From assembly GCA_951406725.2 (NCBI GenBank), contig OX597817.1, positions 148,242,001 to 148,306,000 on the forward strand: a stretch of DNA of 64,000 bases, written 5' to 3'. This DNA comes from Octopus vulgaris (Eukaryota). Shown here in pieces: positions 38,808 to 51,899 of this stretch (its first letter is position 1; every line of letters starts with the position of its first letter). The notes under the pieces were generated by a model. It had not been told where the DNA came from, ran no database searches, and saw only the letters and a program-made list of their open reading frames with translations. The translations under genes were made by a program, and so were the position numbers.

Positions 38808-40173
38808 TCAGAATGCAACACTAGTTGGTCTGGACTGTGACATTGAGCAGATGTGAGTTTCGGCTCCGTGAAAAGAAAACAAAGAACAAAAAGCAAAAAT
38901 TGTTTATTATGGCTCGCTATAGTGAACAAAATACTGGATTCTCATCACCGTAACGGTGAATTGAGAATTTTTTTGAAAATTCTTCTTGTGAATTCTAGTG
39001 GACGTATCTCGCCAGAAAAATAAGATTACCTTTTGGATTACCTTAACTTTTTGGAGTATTATACAAAGGATTCCCTGTCTGTGCTATTTGTGAAGTTTTT
39101 CTTTTATTTTTCTCTTCTTCTATTTTTTCTTTCTTTCTAAATTTTGGTTCATTATTTTCATTACTTTAATTTCAATTTCCTCCCCTCCTCTTTTATTTTG
39201 TTTTATTTTTGTTCGGTTTGATTTTTTGGCAGACTGTCTTTTGAACTACTTTTGAACTGTTTTTTGACATGGCAGAGAAGGATCTTAAAAAGAAAAACTC
39301 TGTCTTAGAGTGGGAAATTAACCCGCCTAAGCAATGGTTAAAAGATATGGAGGAGAAGACGATGGTACTTAGAACGTATTCTAAAGTTCTTAATTCCATC
39401 ACCGTCTTCCCAAAACAAGTCATAAAAAATGAACTTAAAGAACATTTGTCCTCTGTAAAATATATATCCCGTGGTGTCAAACATGCAACCGTATGGTTGC
39501 TGTTTGACAACGGGGTAAAGGCTCGCCAGTTTGCGAGTCAGCCTTTAGAAGGCAAGGAAATTCTGTTTCTCCCGTCATATTTTGGAAGAAAATTAATACG
39601 AGCCTGGGTATGTGGGCTCCCCCCAGGCACCGAAGCGGATTGGATTGAAGATACCATCCGACGGGGACTGGGGGATGGCGGGCCCAGGCTCTTAAATGTA
39701 AGAGTATTGCTGTTAAAGGATTTGGGGAGAAGTGCCGCATATGGCCGGGTGGCCCTTACACGACTACATGAGTGAGGCATGGGAAATGGCGGGATACAGG
39801 AACTCAAGCGGCATTGAAGATAATGATGAATATATCGATGGATATATCGAAGAGTAGGAGGTGAAAGACCCTCGTTAAAGGGTTTGAAACCTCATCGTAT
39901 TGGATTATTTTGCAGTGGTTTATAACCTCAATTTTGTGCTTTAAGAAAGAAAAAAAAAGAAGGTAAGAGGTTTTAGTGCCTTCTCCTTGTAACAGGTTCG
40001 AAACCTCATATTGATTAAAAAAAAAAAAAGAAAATATGTTTTCGAGAAAAATCCAATCGGCGGGTGTTGGGTTTCGTCTCTCATTTATTCATTATATTTC
40101 ATTTTCATTCATTAATGTATTTGTCCAGCCCGCAAAGCTCTTTGTACTGTCTATATGACAAATTTATGAAATA
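38808..40173 (+). mobile_element. Non-autonomous ORF1-only L1/Tx1-like retroposon
   Basis: Perfect 15-bp TSD AAGTAGCTTGTTTAC (38793-38807, 40174-40188); 3' end GAAATAAA abuts the TSD; one ORF and no RT. Confidence 0.8.
39269..39775 (+). CDS. 168-aa ORF resembling L1/Tx1-clade ORF1 (RRM-like N-terminal part)
   Basis: Non-repetitive ATG-initiated ORF. YISRG...V.L.F.....A...LP.Y.GRK..R..V.GLPP pattern recalls Tx1-type ORF1 (recognition only, no search). Confidence 0.6.
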   Translation: MAEKDLKKKNSVLEWEINPPKQWLKDMEEKTMVLRTYSKVLNSITVFPKQVIKNELKEHLSSVKYISRGVKHATVWLLFDNGVKARQFASQPLEGKEILFLPSYFGRKLIRAWVCGLPPGTEADWIEDTIRRGLGDGGPRLLNVRVLLLKDLGRSAAYGRVALTRLHE

Positions 40174-40538
40174 AAGTAGCTTGTTTACCAACCACATGGG
40201 CAAGTGCCGTCTACTATAGGATCGGGCCGACCAAAGCCTTGCGAGTAGATTTGCTCAACGGAAACTGAAAGAAGCCCGTCGTATATATGTATATATATAT
40301 ATATTTGTATATTTGTGTGTCTGCGTTTATCCCCCCAACATCGCTTGACAACCGATGGTGGTGTGTTTACGTCCCCGTAACTTCGGCAAAGGAAACCGAT
40401 AGAATATGTACTAGGCTTACACAGAATATGTCCTGGGCTAGATTTGCTCGACTAAAGGCGGTGCTCCAGCATGGCCACAGTCACATGATTGAAACAAGTA
40501 AATATATATATATATGTATATATACACACTAACATACA

Positions 40539-40601
<63 letters not shown>

Positions 40602-40606
<5 letters not shown>

Positions 40607-40785
40607 TATAAACAAGGGCAAAAGAAAAAAATTCAATGCCAAATATGCCGAAATTTTTTTCTTCGGCATTGAAATTTTTTCCTTTTGCCCTTGTTTATAA
40701 GTTGTTTATAAATTTAACCTTTAAAGGTATTTTTTTATATGCTGGCCATTGATAAAATTGTTTTGAAAATTTTATACTATATTAG
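40602..40785 (+). mobile_element. (TA)n-embedded PLE-type terminal fragment with inverted 5' copy
   Basis: TATAAACAAGGGCAAAAG...GCCGAA..TTCGGC...CTTTTGCCCTTGTTTATA plus tail; homologous to 14263-14549. Confidence 0.75.
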
Positions 40786-41183
40786 ATATATATATATATA
40801 TCTTAATGATAGTTTTTTTTTATGTTTGTGTATAGAAGTATACGAAATTGAGAAACCACTCAATAATTTTCGATAACATATTAACTTTACATCTACAACT
40901 AAAAGGTTAAGAGCTACTTGCAGCTTTCAATTTTCCAACTCTCGCAAGACTGCTTCGCGGAGGTTAAGAAAACATTTCGAAGGAGCTATCAAACATTTCG
41001 TGGTAACAATAATGTAAACATTATGTAGCTATTTATGTATGTAGGTAGGTATGTATGCGTGTGTTGGTGTACGTGTGTATGTAGGATATACATGTATATA
41101 TCTGCACGCGCGCCTGTACAAAATCAAGCACCGATATATATATATCTTTTCTCTTTCTCTCTCATTCTCACTCACACACACGT

Positions 41184-41222
<39 letters not shown>

Positions 41223-41284
41223 CTACTTTCTGTTCGGGTAATAGCCGGAGCAACGAAAAACGTATTCCAGCCAGTGAAAGATAA

Positions 41285-41880
41285 ATATCATTTAATGCAT
41301 ACAGTGCTTAACCATCATGCAAAGAATATAAGCAGCGATCGTGATACACACCACGAAGATATGGTCAAGCTCAATGACAATCTATTAAGAAACAACTACC
41401 CCACAAAACATTCTATCCTCTCCAATTATGAAGAAAAGAGAAGATGAAACCAATAAACTGTCCACAATCTGTCTACCGTATGTGAAAGGCCTCTCCGAAA
41501 AGATGCAAAAGATTTACGGCCCATATGACATCAGGACAGTATTCAAGAGAAATACAACAATTCGCAAACCACCAATAGAAGAAAATATGACCAAAGACTG
41601 CGTGTACTCCATCCTATGCAGCTGTGGTACGTTATACAAAGGCAAAACATGCCGCCCCCTCAAGATAAGGGTAGACGAACATTGCAAAGCTGTGACATGA
41701 GGAGATATTGATAAATCGGTTATAGCTGATCACGTATGGAAAATAGTAGATACAGAACACCACTGGAAAATACGAAAACTAAAAGAAGCAGCACATATAC
41801 TAGGACACAACAACTTCCTAAGCAGACCGAGTGCAGATATGAATAGTATATGGGAACCGGTCTTAAGCAGATTTGACTGA
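41285..41880 (+). mobile_element. Penelope/Poseidon-type PLE fragment (linker and GIY-YIG)
   Basis: ICLPYVKGLSEK...IRTVFK...CVYSILCSCGTLYKGKTCRPLKIRVDEH...KSVIADHVWK. Confidence 0.88.
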
Positions 41881-41884
41881 AGGC

Positions 41885-42980
41885 ACGCTCAGTCACCCAC
41901 TTCATTGATAACCTTCTGGATCTTGGAATCATCTGCAAAGATTCTTATGTTACTGTCTTTAATATCAGTAATATCATTGATGTAGATAATAAAAAGAAGC
42001 GAGCCTAATACATTGCATTGTAGTAACTTTCCAGAGACACCAATGTTGGATAGGTTTTTCAAGAGGATCTTATGATCCACCCTGTCAAAGGCCTTGCTGA
42101 AATCAAGGTAAATGACATCAATATTCGATCCTCTCCCAAAGATTTCAAAATGACCTCAAGCCGATGCAGGAGCTGCGTTAAGCAGTTCTTTCCATTACAG
42201 AATTCAGGATGTTTGGGGTTGAGTAGTCTGTTGCTTTAAAGTAAGTGGGTTATCCGTGATCTCAACGCCTTCTCAAATACCTTGATGATATGAGAGGTTA
42301 GTAAGATCGGCCAGTAGTTCACTGCAAGGGACTTGTCCTTTCTGAAAACTGGGACGAAAGACTAGGACGGTTCTTTCTCGGGAATATAACCAGCATCCAG
42401 TGATTCCTCCACAGATTAGCAAGAGGAGATGCAAGTTGGTGTCGACATCCCTCAGTACACAAGCAGGGAACCTATCTGGGCCTACTGCTGAATTGTGTTT
42501 CACTTCGTTTATTGCAGCTAAGACATCAGGTGTGCCAAACGTTATGTCCGATATAGGGTGTCATCACTGATATAGGCCAGATCGACCATACCAGGACTAC
42601 TAAAAACAGAGCAGTACTGTTTCTGTAGTATCTCCCTTATCGTTTTGACATGATCTTGGAGATTGCCATTTTCATCAATTAGGGGGCCAACAGTGCAGAC
42701 CTTGACCTTATGATTTTTCGCAATAGAGAAAAACACTTTGAGGTTGAGTATGATTTTCTGAACGGCCCATTTCTTCTCAGTTATTCTTTGGTTATTGATA
42801 ATGTTCTTCATGCATTGTTGGAGGTTATATGTTTTTGATGCAAGCAGAGTGATAGCCGTCGAATTCATGTGTAGCTGTTGGCAATATTTTAGTTTGTAAA
42901 TTTTTTTGTTTGTTCTTTATCATATTTCTCTTTTGGGGAATTCTGCACTTAGTTTTCTTCACAGGTCTTAGTTGGCTGTG
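41885..42980 (-). mobile_element. CR1/Jockey-group LINE RT fragment
   Basis: SAVGPD.FP..VL; IDVIYLDFSKAFDRVDH.ILL; VLGSLLFIIYINDI; IFADDSKI. Confidence 0.92.
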
Positions 42981-43139
42981 TTTAGCACATATGTTTGTGA
43001 CGGTGTCTACAAAGATCTGCCAAGATATTTTGATGCAGTAGGAGTGTGATATATATATATACAGAGAGAGAGAGAGAGAGGGAGAGAGAGAGATGGATGA
43101 CTAAATAAACAAATAGAGAAATAGATAGATATTTTTGTG

Positions 43140-43341
43140 TTCGTATTTGTCCACCACCTCCGCTTGACATGCAGTGTTGTTTTTACGTCGATGAAATCTA
43201 GCTTTTCAGCCATAGATACCAATATAATAAGTATCAGTCTCATAAAAGGAACTACTATAATCGATATTTTCGACCAAAACCCTTCAAGGCGTTACCCCAG
43301 CATGGCCGCAGTCTAATGACTGAAGGAAGTATAAAATAAAA
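43140..43341 (+). mobile_element. SINE family A, diverged 3' half
   Basis: CCAGCATGGCCGCAGTCTAATGACTGAA tail. Confidence 0.7.
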
Positions 43342-43860
43342 ACTATACAAATATCCATACACACATACGCATATTTTACATATTTAGACAAACATTTTGT
43401 TTACAATTATAACAATAGCATATACACTACCATAATATAATTCATTAATGTTACTACACATCGCTATTATGTCACATATACAAAATTCACAACACACATT
43501 TTCACGGGAAATTCTCTAGAAATCAATTTACACATATACATTTTAATAATTGCTTTCCTATGAATATACAATGTAAAATACATTTTGTTCTCAATTTAAT
43601 GTCATACATATTTTATTCAATGATTTTTTCCTTGCATAATGGATTTACTCCATAAAAATGCAATTTTTCTATAAACCTTTATTAATTATTTCTCCATTCA
43701 CTGATTTTACCGTCACGTCACACCATAGCGGCTCGAATTTTTTTTTTTTTTTTTTAAATTTGATTTTCTTTTTTAGCAAATACGGACCTTAATTAATGGT
43801 ATGTTATTCCTGAAACATGCCATCAATGTATCCATTGTGAATAGTTTCTGCATGTTCTAT

Positions 43861-43905
<45 letters not shown>

Positions 43906-43949
43906 CTCTCTCATACACAAACACACACGCATATTTGCATACGTGCATA

Positions 43950-44160
43950 TTCTTTTATTCTTTTATTTGACTGCGGCCATGTTGGAGCACCGCATTTAAT
44001 CGAGCAAATCGACCCCAGGACATATTCTTTGTAAGCCTAGTAGTTATTATATCTGTCTCTTTTGACGAACTGCTAGTTTACAGGGACGTAAACGCACCAT
44101 CATCGGTTGTCAAGCGATGTTCGGGTGGGGTGCCGGGACAAGCACAGACACACAAACAGA
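43950..44160 (-). mobile_element. SINE family A, 3' half
   Basis: GACTGCGGCCATGTTGGAGCACCGC...GACCCCAGGAC...GGTTGTCAAGCGATG. Confidence 0.8.
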
Positions 44161-45133
44161 TACATACATATATATATATATAGATAAGTAGGTAAATACA
44201 CATAGACACAAGCACACACTCACACACAACCCCCACATATACACTTAACACACAAACACACAAACACGCACACACACAAACATATATATCGGGGCACATA
44301 TGCACACACATGTTTATATATTTATGTATCTTCCATTTTTAGATTTCAGCAAAGCTACAATGTTTATATACTGGCAAAGACTTGTGAGGGCAGCGGACAT
44401 AAAAAATTTCGTCTTACCTCTAGGAAGAAAATTAGATAAATGGGCAACCCAAAATCGGATAATCTAGTACTAAGGTTTCCGACTCCTCAAATACATTTGT
44501 TATCGTAAATTTGATTAGTCTTCTTCAGCTAGATTTACCTGGACAATATTTCAAATGTTGCTACATCAAGTATACACTAGTATACTCGCCTGAACGCTTT
44601 GCCATTAACATACCGAGAACAGTTTTAAAATTTTCAATGAAAAGTAAAATATTGCAATACAAATGTATTAATTTACAGTAAAATAAAGCACCGTAAAGAT
44701 ATAAGTACACACACACACACACACATACATACATATATATATATGTATGTACACGTATAGAAACAAAAGACTGAGGAATATCAGGAAAGTACTTTTATTA
44801 CTTTGCATCGCCAAACAAAAGTCCTTGCACTTTAGCCACTGTAGAAGTGTATATGTACGCAGCGTTCGTCTATTGTCTGTTTATACGTGAAAATACTTGC
44901 CCTTTTTAGTGGCTTAACATTGGCATTCTCTATTTGTAATCGATATTGAAAACACACGATTCTAGGCAGGCGAGAAAGATTTAAATCGAAATAGCCTTAA
45001 TGGAATTGATTTTAGAATTTACTAATTTATTTTAGGCTCTTGGTTGAAAATCTACTCGTATTATATCAGAAGATATCCGTTGCTCCATTTACTAAGCTAC
45101 AAAGCGAGGCTAACTTTTAAGTCTTTGTTTTTC

Positions 45134-45186
<53 letters not shown>

Positions 45187-45545
45187 CACCAGCAGCAGCT
45201 GGTTGGTTGACCGAAGTGTTCGTATTCTCCGGCAGTTTGTGAGGAAACCATGGTATATTTGTGAAGCGCTGCACTAAATGCTCTCATATTATTTTAAATC
45301 ATCAGGAATTTTGTTTTTAAAAAGAATACATTAAGCTTATTAATATAAACAGCAGTTCCCAATGTTTCACCAAAAAGGCGAATTACAAATGTCACTAAAT
45401 ATGACTTGGGTGTTAGGTAACACGTACATTGCTAGAAATAAGTGCTAAACATCTCTAATGCGGTAGTTAACGCATATATATATATATACATACATACATA
45501 CAAATATATATATATACACAAGCATATATATATATATATATACAT

Positions 45546-45870
<325 letters not shown>

Positions 45871-46038
45871 GTATTTTCTTCTATTTGTTTCAGCCGTTGT
45901 ACTATGGCTATGATGGAGCAGTAGAACGAATGAAACAAATAAAACCCTTGAGGGGTTATAGGACTGAAGCGAGAACCACATGGTTGAAAAGCAAACTTCT
46001 TACCACACAACCAGAAGAAAATACATATATATATATAC

Positions 46039-46134
<96 letters not shown>

Positions 46135-46135
46135 C

Positions 46136-46340
46136 AAAATGTAACCACATGTGAATCGTTGGGGATTTTCTACCTCCGTCTTCCCTTCCACTGGACTTTC
46201 CTCTGTTTCCGAATTAGAGCGTCTCTCGGAACGTTAAACATTATTTCCATCCTTCCGTGAACGTCTGCTAATATTTTATCATATACCACGTCCTCACGTT
46301 GTTGTTTTTTGTGTTTATTCTTCTTGTTCGGATTCACTAC
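46136..46340 (+). mobile_element. Diverged copy of the CCGACGA-hammerhead element
   Basis: TTT CCGAATT A GAGC GTC TCTC GGAAC GTT AAA at 46206-46238; (TA)n on both sides. Confidence 0.6.
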
Positions 46341-46343
46341 GTG

Positions 46344-46389
<46 letters not shown>

Positions 46390-46403
<14 letters not shown>

Positions 46404-47475
46404 TATATAAAGGGGGGCTTTCGGTGAGAATGGTTTTGTTATATGGCGCCGGATTTTACAATCCTTTAAATAATAATAATTACAAGTATATAAGCCTGAA
46501 ACCTAAAGCTATGACCGTGCAATGACTAAGAAAAATAGTCTAATAATGGGGCGTATAAGTCCTCGACAGAAAAAGTAGGCTTTCCTATACGTGTGGTACT
46601 CCAACCCACAAACCTATGTTAACGCGACTAAGTGTGTTACTACATATTTTTTTTTCTTTTTTGAAAGTCTTTGAGAATTACTTAAGTCAGATTTTGAAGT
46701 GTAAAGTTGATTTAAGAATTTTTTTCAATATCATGAAAACATTAATAAAGATGTTACTAACCTTTTTTGGGGAAGACGTATTTTCCTCGGGTGTGAATGC
46801 TGTCGTGTAACCTTTTCAAACACGCGTGCTCTTGAAAAGGAAGTTATTATTTTTGACGTAGTAGTAGTATTAATTCCGGTTTATTTTCGGACTAATGGTA
46901 ACGAATATTCTTTTACAATTATTATATGGAGTGTTGGTTATTTTCGGTTTAATTTCGGATTTAGAATTCTTATAAAGTATTTCGTACATTTTCATCGCTT
47001 ATTTTGGAAAAATGGGAATATTTAAAAATTTCCATTTACACAAATATATAGATGCTCACTGTATGGGACATTCCTAAGAGATGAATCCTTAGTTCGTTGT
47101 TTATGCACATTTACACGGCTGGTCAGTTTCCTTCCTGTCTCCCCAATGTAGCTTTCGTTGCATTGTTGGCACGTGATGCAGTATACGATGTTTCTTTGTT
47201 TTGCAATTCATGTTTGCAGTCACTTTTCATTCCTTCCCATTCCTGAGTCTTTGGTTATTCCTTGTCCACTTGATTCGCATGTCCCACAATGGAGGTCTCC
47301 ACAGTAGATTATTTGCCCCGTTTCTTTTTTCAAATATGAATCTCGCCTTTGTTAGGTGTCTCTTGAGATTAGGTGGTTGCCTTCGACTGTTGATAATTTG
47401 TGAGAATTTAATTATTCGTTGGAGATTTGGTGATTAATCTAGAATTGGTATCCTTTGGTTGAATGCAAGATGCTG
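46390..47475 (-). mobile_element. Penelope-like element 3' part (Cys-rich linker, GIY-YIG, 3'UTR) ending at (TA)n
   Basis: CGDLHCGTC...NMNCK.(frameshift)NIVYCITCQQCNESYIGETGRKLTSRVNVHKQ...SEH...PKLN. Confidence 0.9.
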
Positions 47476-47497
47476 GCTATATTAAAAAAGCACATAA

Positions 47498-47730
47498 GGC
47501 GGCGAGCTGGCAGAAACGTTACAACGCCGGGCGAAATGTTTAGCGGTATTTCGTCTCTTGTTACGTTCTGAGTTCAAATTCCGCCAAGGTCAACTTTGCC
47601 TTTCATCCTTTCGCGATCAATAAATAAAGTACCATTTTCGCACTGGTGTCGATGTAATCGACTTAATACTTTTGTCTGTCCTTGTTTGTCCCCTCTATGT
47701 TTAGCCCCTTGTGGGCAGTAAAGAAATATA
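47498..47730 (+). mobile_element. SINE family B
   Basis: Full copy; TSD TATTAAAAA(A)GCACATAA on both sides. Confidence 0.93.
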
Positions 47731-48559
47731 TATTAAAAAGCACATAACCAAGATGCCACGCAGTAGGGCGAAATGAAACGCAGTATAAGTAATAATATCT
47801 ATGCATGAAACATTAACTCACATAAAATTGGTTATACATTAATCATGTTTGATCTTACTTGTCCTTTACCTATGCGGCATCGTCGGAAATGCATTGAAAA
47901 ATAAGAAAGACATCTTAAAATAACGGAAATGATGTAAATATATTACTACAGTAATAGATGGGTCTTTAACGCTTTCCGTATTAATTTTACTCAATTATAC
48001 TGAAGAATTTCTACTACCGTTATCAGGAACTAATTAAAGGGTTTAAATTGGAAATATGTCACCGAAAGAATTACAACCGGAATATGGTAAATTATTAGTT
48101 CTAGAAAATAAAAGGTGTGACATACTGGGTAATGTCGAAAATGCTTTTAAAACCAATTAGGCAGACTTAAAATGAAAGACATACAAAAAAATGTAGAAAA
48201 TAGTAATGTTAATTGAAGATCCAAATATCCCCTCGTCGCCTCCTTAAAATTGAAGGGAAATTTAATAGAAAATTATTAAATTGCCTGTGTGTTCGTATGT
48301 ATGCTTTTTTATATAGATGGTAGGCATTTTAATTGCTATATATTCAACGCCCCTTAAAAACCCAATAGAGAATGTATACGTGTTTTGTGTGTGTGTGTGT
48401 GTGTGTGTGTAACGACTTAATATTATCGCAGTTTTATGCCCAATTCCTCAAAAAGAGATCTTTTTGTCATTGGTTGTCTATTTCCGTTATTATGTCCATT
48501 AGTTTCGACTGCCTTCTTAGGAACAATGTTGCTGCTTCAATATTTACAAAAAGAAGAAA

Positions 48560-48962
48560 GCAGCAAGCTGGCAGAAACGTTAGCACACCGGGCGAAATGC
48601 TTAGCGGTATTTCGTTTACCGTAACGTTCTGAGTTCGAATTTCGCCGAGGTCGACTTTACCTTTTTCAACCTTTCGGGGTCGATAAATTAAGTACCAGTT
48701 ACACATTGGCGTCGATATAATTGACTTAATACCTTTGTCTGTCCTTGTTTGTCCCCTCTATGTTTAGCCCCTTGTGGGTAGTAACGAAATATGTTTCGTT
48801 TACCGTTCTCTTCTGAGTTCAAATTGCGCTGAGGTCGGCTTTGCCTTTCATCCTTTCGGTTCCGATAAACTAAGTACCAGCTGAGTACTGGGATCGATGA
48901 AATCAACAGTCCCCCGCGACAAATTTTTCAGGCCTTATGTCTAGAGTAGAAAAGAATATTTA
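48560..48962 (+). mobile_element. SINE family B dimer (full copy plus variant-tail partial copy)
   Basis: Core TTCTGAGTTC.AATT.CGC.GAGGTCG appears twice; same arrangement as 3872-4243. Confidence 0.85.
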
Positions 48963-49349
48963 ACACAAAAGAAAGCAGCCAGCCGCTAAAACTGGGATAA
49001 TTTTTGCTTTCTGTTACACTTATAAAGTAACGTAACGACATATTTCTTTCTGTGTATTTGTTACCATAACTCACCAGGAAAGCATCAATAATGTTATTAG
49101 ATACCAGAATAAAAATTATAAAAATGTTGATAGAGGAGAAAAAATCATTGAGATTTGCGTTGTCAATCTTAGAAACCACCATAATCAATCAGATATAATT
49201 AAAAATTTGTCATGTAAAAATTCTGATGGGCGTCACGTTTACAAAGAAGCCTAATAGGGAAAATATTAAATCTTTAGGTAGATTACAGTAGCCAGTCTCC
49301 GAAGTTATCCGCCAAAAATTCTTTAAGCTTTTTAATCAACTGAATAAAT

Positions 49350-49419
49350 TCACGCACACACACACATACAGACACACACACACACACACTAACACACACA
49401 CATACACACATACACTTCC

Positions 49420-49455
<36 letters not shown>

Positions 49456-49713
49456 ATACACGCACACACTCTCTCTCTCTCTCTTTGCCTCTATTTTCTC
49501 TCTCTCTTTCTCTCTCGCCTACACATACACATACGCACGTACACACGCACTCACACACACACATACATGCACATTCTCTCTCTCTTACACACATTCTCAG
49601 TCTCTATTTTTTCTCTTTGTCTTTCTCACTCTCTTACACACACATACACACATACTCTCTCTCACACACACACTTTCTCTATATATATTTCCCTCTATCT
49701 CTTCCTCTCTATT

Positions 49714-49747
<34 letters not shown>

Positions 49748-49775
49748 TCTGTCACGCACACACACACACACAGAA
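49350..49775. repeat. Compound (CA)n/(CT)n microsatellite
   Basis: Directly visible. Confidence 0.92.
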
Positions 49776-49999
49776 ACAGCGAAACACACTCAAAGTTTCA
49801 GCAAATGTTGACGTTGCAAATTCATCAGAATTCCCTTCAGGGTTGAAGAGTATTACTGAAAAACTACTATCAAACCACTCTAATTGTTAATGTAAACGAC
49901 TGTGTATTTTTTAGAAAACTTTGTTCTTTTAAAATATCTATTTTAAGCAAAAAAATGGTTGGCAGCTTATAAAGAAATCGGAGATTTCCAAGAAGCTTG

Positions 50000-50760
50000 A
50001 AATTTAAAACATGCCTTCGTTTTCATTGATATTCAAGGTGCAATGAAAGATGTCCCCAAATTTTGACTTCCTATCTCACAGAAGAACAACAGAAATGTTT
50101 GTATTACCCATATTTTCTAAGCTGAATGACTTCTGGAACATTTAGATCTTGCTGTCAAAGAATCATTCTGAGCCGAATATATTGCTCTTTATACCATACT
50201 CACGGTCACGTTTGAGATCCCGATAGACGACAAACGTGTTCATGAAGCTGTTTACATTCCTGCAAGTACCACTACACAAGCATTGTCTATGAAAAAAAAT
50301 GAACAATTATTGTCTTCAAAACATATTTTGTGACAGTGGGACTGATATATTTCAGGCACCCAAAATATCCCGGGAAATTTTCATGATGTAAGGAATACAA
50401 TATAAGACACAAGATGTTTGGAGTTAAGTTAATCATACACATCTTATTGATGACTGGAAATCCTTACTTCCAAACGCAACAAAAGAATATCGTAAAACAG
50501 AAACGGGAGAATTATCAAACTATCTTACGCATGCAGGAATTAGGACTTATAGACATGGGTAGTATTCGTGCTATACGGCATGGTGATAACAAGATCTTCT
50601 TCATATGAAGAAATTAAAACTTAAACAGAACTGCAAGTGCCAAGCAGAGAGAACAAAAAGAAAACTCCTCCTGAACTCTGTTTAATGACAAATATATAAA
50701 CCTAGGAGAAATAATCCAGGTTTTAGGACAACTTTTAGAGGATGATCTAAATTTTGAACA
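50000..50760 (+). mobile_element. Possible highly decayed Gypsy integrase region
   Basis: Frameshift-joined HGH.EI....KRVHEAVYIP (HHCC-domain-like) followed by GTDIF; weak. Confidence 0.3.
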
Positions 50761-51096
50761 AAGTGTGAAATTTTAAGTAAATCTGTAACAGTAGCGCTGA
50801 TTTTTTTTACTGAGAAAGATTACATGTTTGCAAGCAGAAAGGGAAGTACACGATATATTCTTCCGATATTTATTGGAGCCATTAGTACCATAATTATTCT
50901 TTCATGTCACCGTTTCTCTATTTTATGATTGCTATGAACATAACTGGCTAAAAGAACTTATCTATAAAACATTTTATTGAATTACATAATTTACTGTATA
51001 TGGTGTATAGAAAAAAACATACGCGTCTATAGATGTACATATATGGTAAATATATAGTATTGTAAATGTATAGTATTGCATATATATAGTATTGTA

Positions 51097-51468
51097 TCGT
51101 GGCACTCCGTCGGTTACGACGACGAGGGTTCCAGTTGATCCTATCAACGGAACAGCTTGCTCGTGAAATCAACGTGCAAGTGGCTGAGCACTCTACAGAT
51201 ACGCGTACCCTTAACGTAGTTCTCAGAGAGAGATTCAGTGTGACAGTGTGTGACAAGGCTGGCCACTTTGATATACAGGTACGACAGAAACAGGAAAAAA
51301 GAGAGTAAGAAAGTTGTGATGAAAGAATACAGCAGGGTTTGCCACCATCCCCTGCCGGAGCTATAGGTCTTTTCACTCAAAAAACAAAGAACACCAGGTC
51401 TGTGAATGGAAACCGTGATCCTCTAACCGCGAGTCCACTGTCCTAACCAGTGGACCACCATTGCGCCT
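51097..51468 (-). mobile_element. tRNA-derived SINE (family D)
   Basis: Minus-strand head AGGCGCAATGGTGGTCCACTGGTTAGGACAGTGGACTCGCGG...GGTTTCCATTC; possible TSD AGTATTGT. Confidence 0.75.
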
Positions 51469-51481
51469 ACAGAGTATTGTG

Positions 51482-51515
<34 letters not shown>

Positions 51516-51899
51516 TATACACTCATACGTATATATGCTTGCTTGTATGTGTGTGTGTGTGTATATACATAGAAATGTGTATGTTTTTCATGCGTTTACA
51601 AACCGCACATATGCGAACGAAGATAAACACACATTATCCGACTTTTTCTTAGATATATTTATCCTGTCATAGAAATTAAAAGAAAAAAATTAGCAAATAA
51701 ATGAATAAATTAATAAATTAAAAAAAACACTAATAATGAGACTTCTTGTATTTTCCGCCATTACTTGACACATAATTACACGCCACTCAATTAAACAAAA
51801 GAAGTTAATCACAAAATGAAATGCGGTAGACACAAACATAAATATTCTGTCAACACTTTCAACATATTCTTTATCAAATGAATGAAAGTGTTGGGGACT

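Larger units (their letters stand above)
38770..40502 (+). mobile_element. SINE family A split by an insertion (head 38770-38807, remainder 40174-40502)
   Basis: GGCGTAGGAGTGGCTTCGTGGTAAGTAGCTTGTTTAC resumes as AAGTAGCTTGTTTACCAACCACATG after 1366 bp. Confidence 0.9.
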
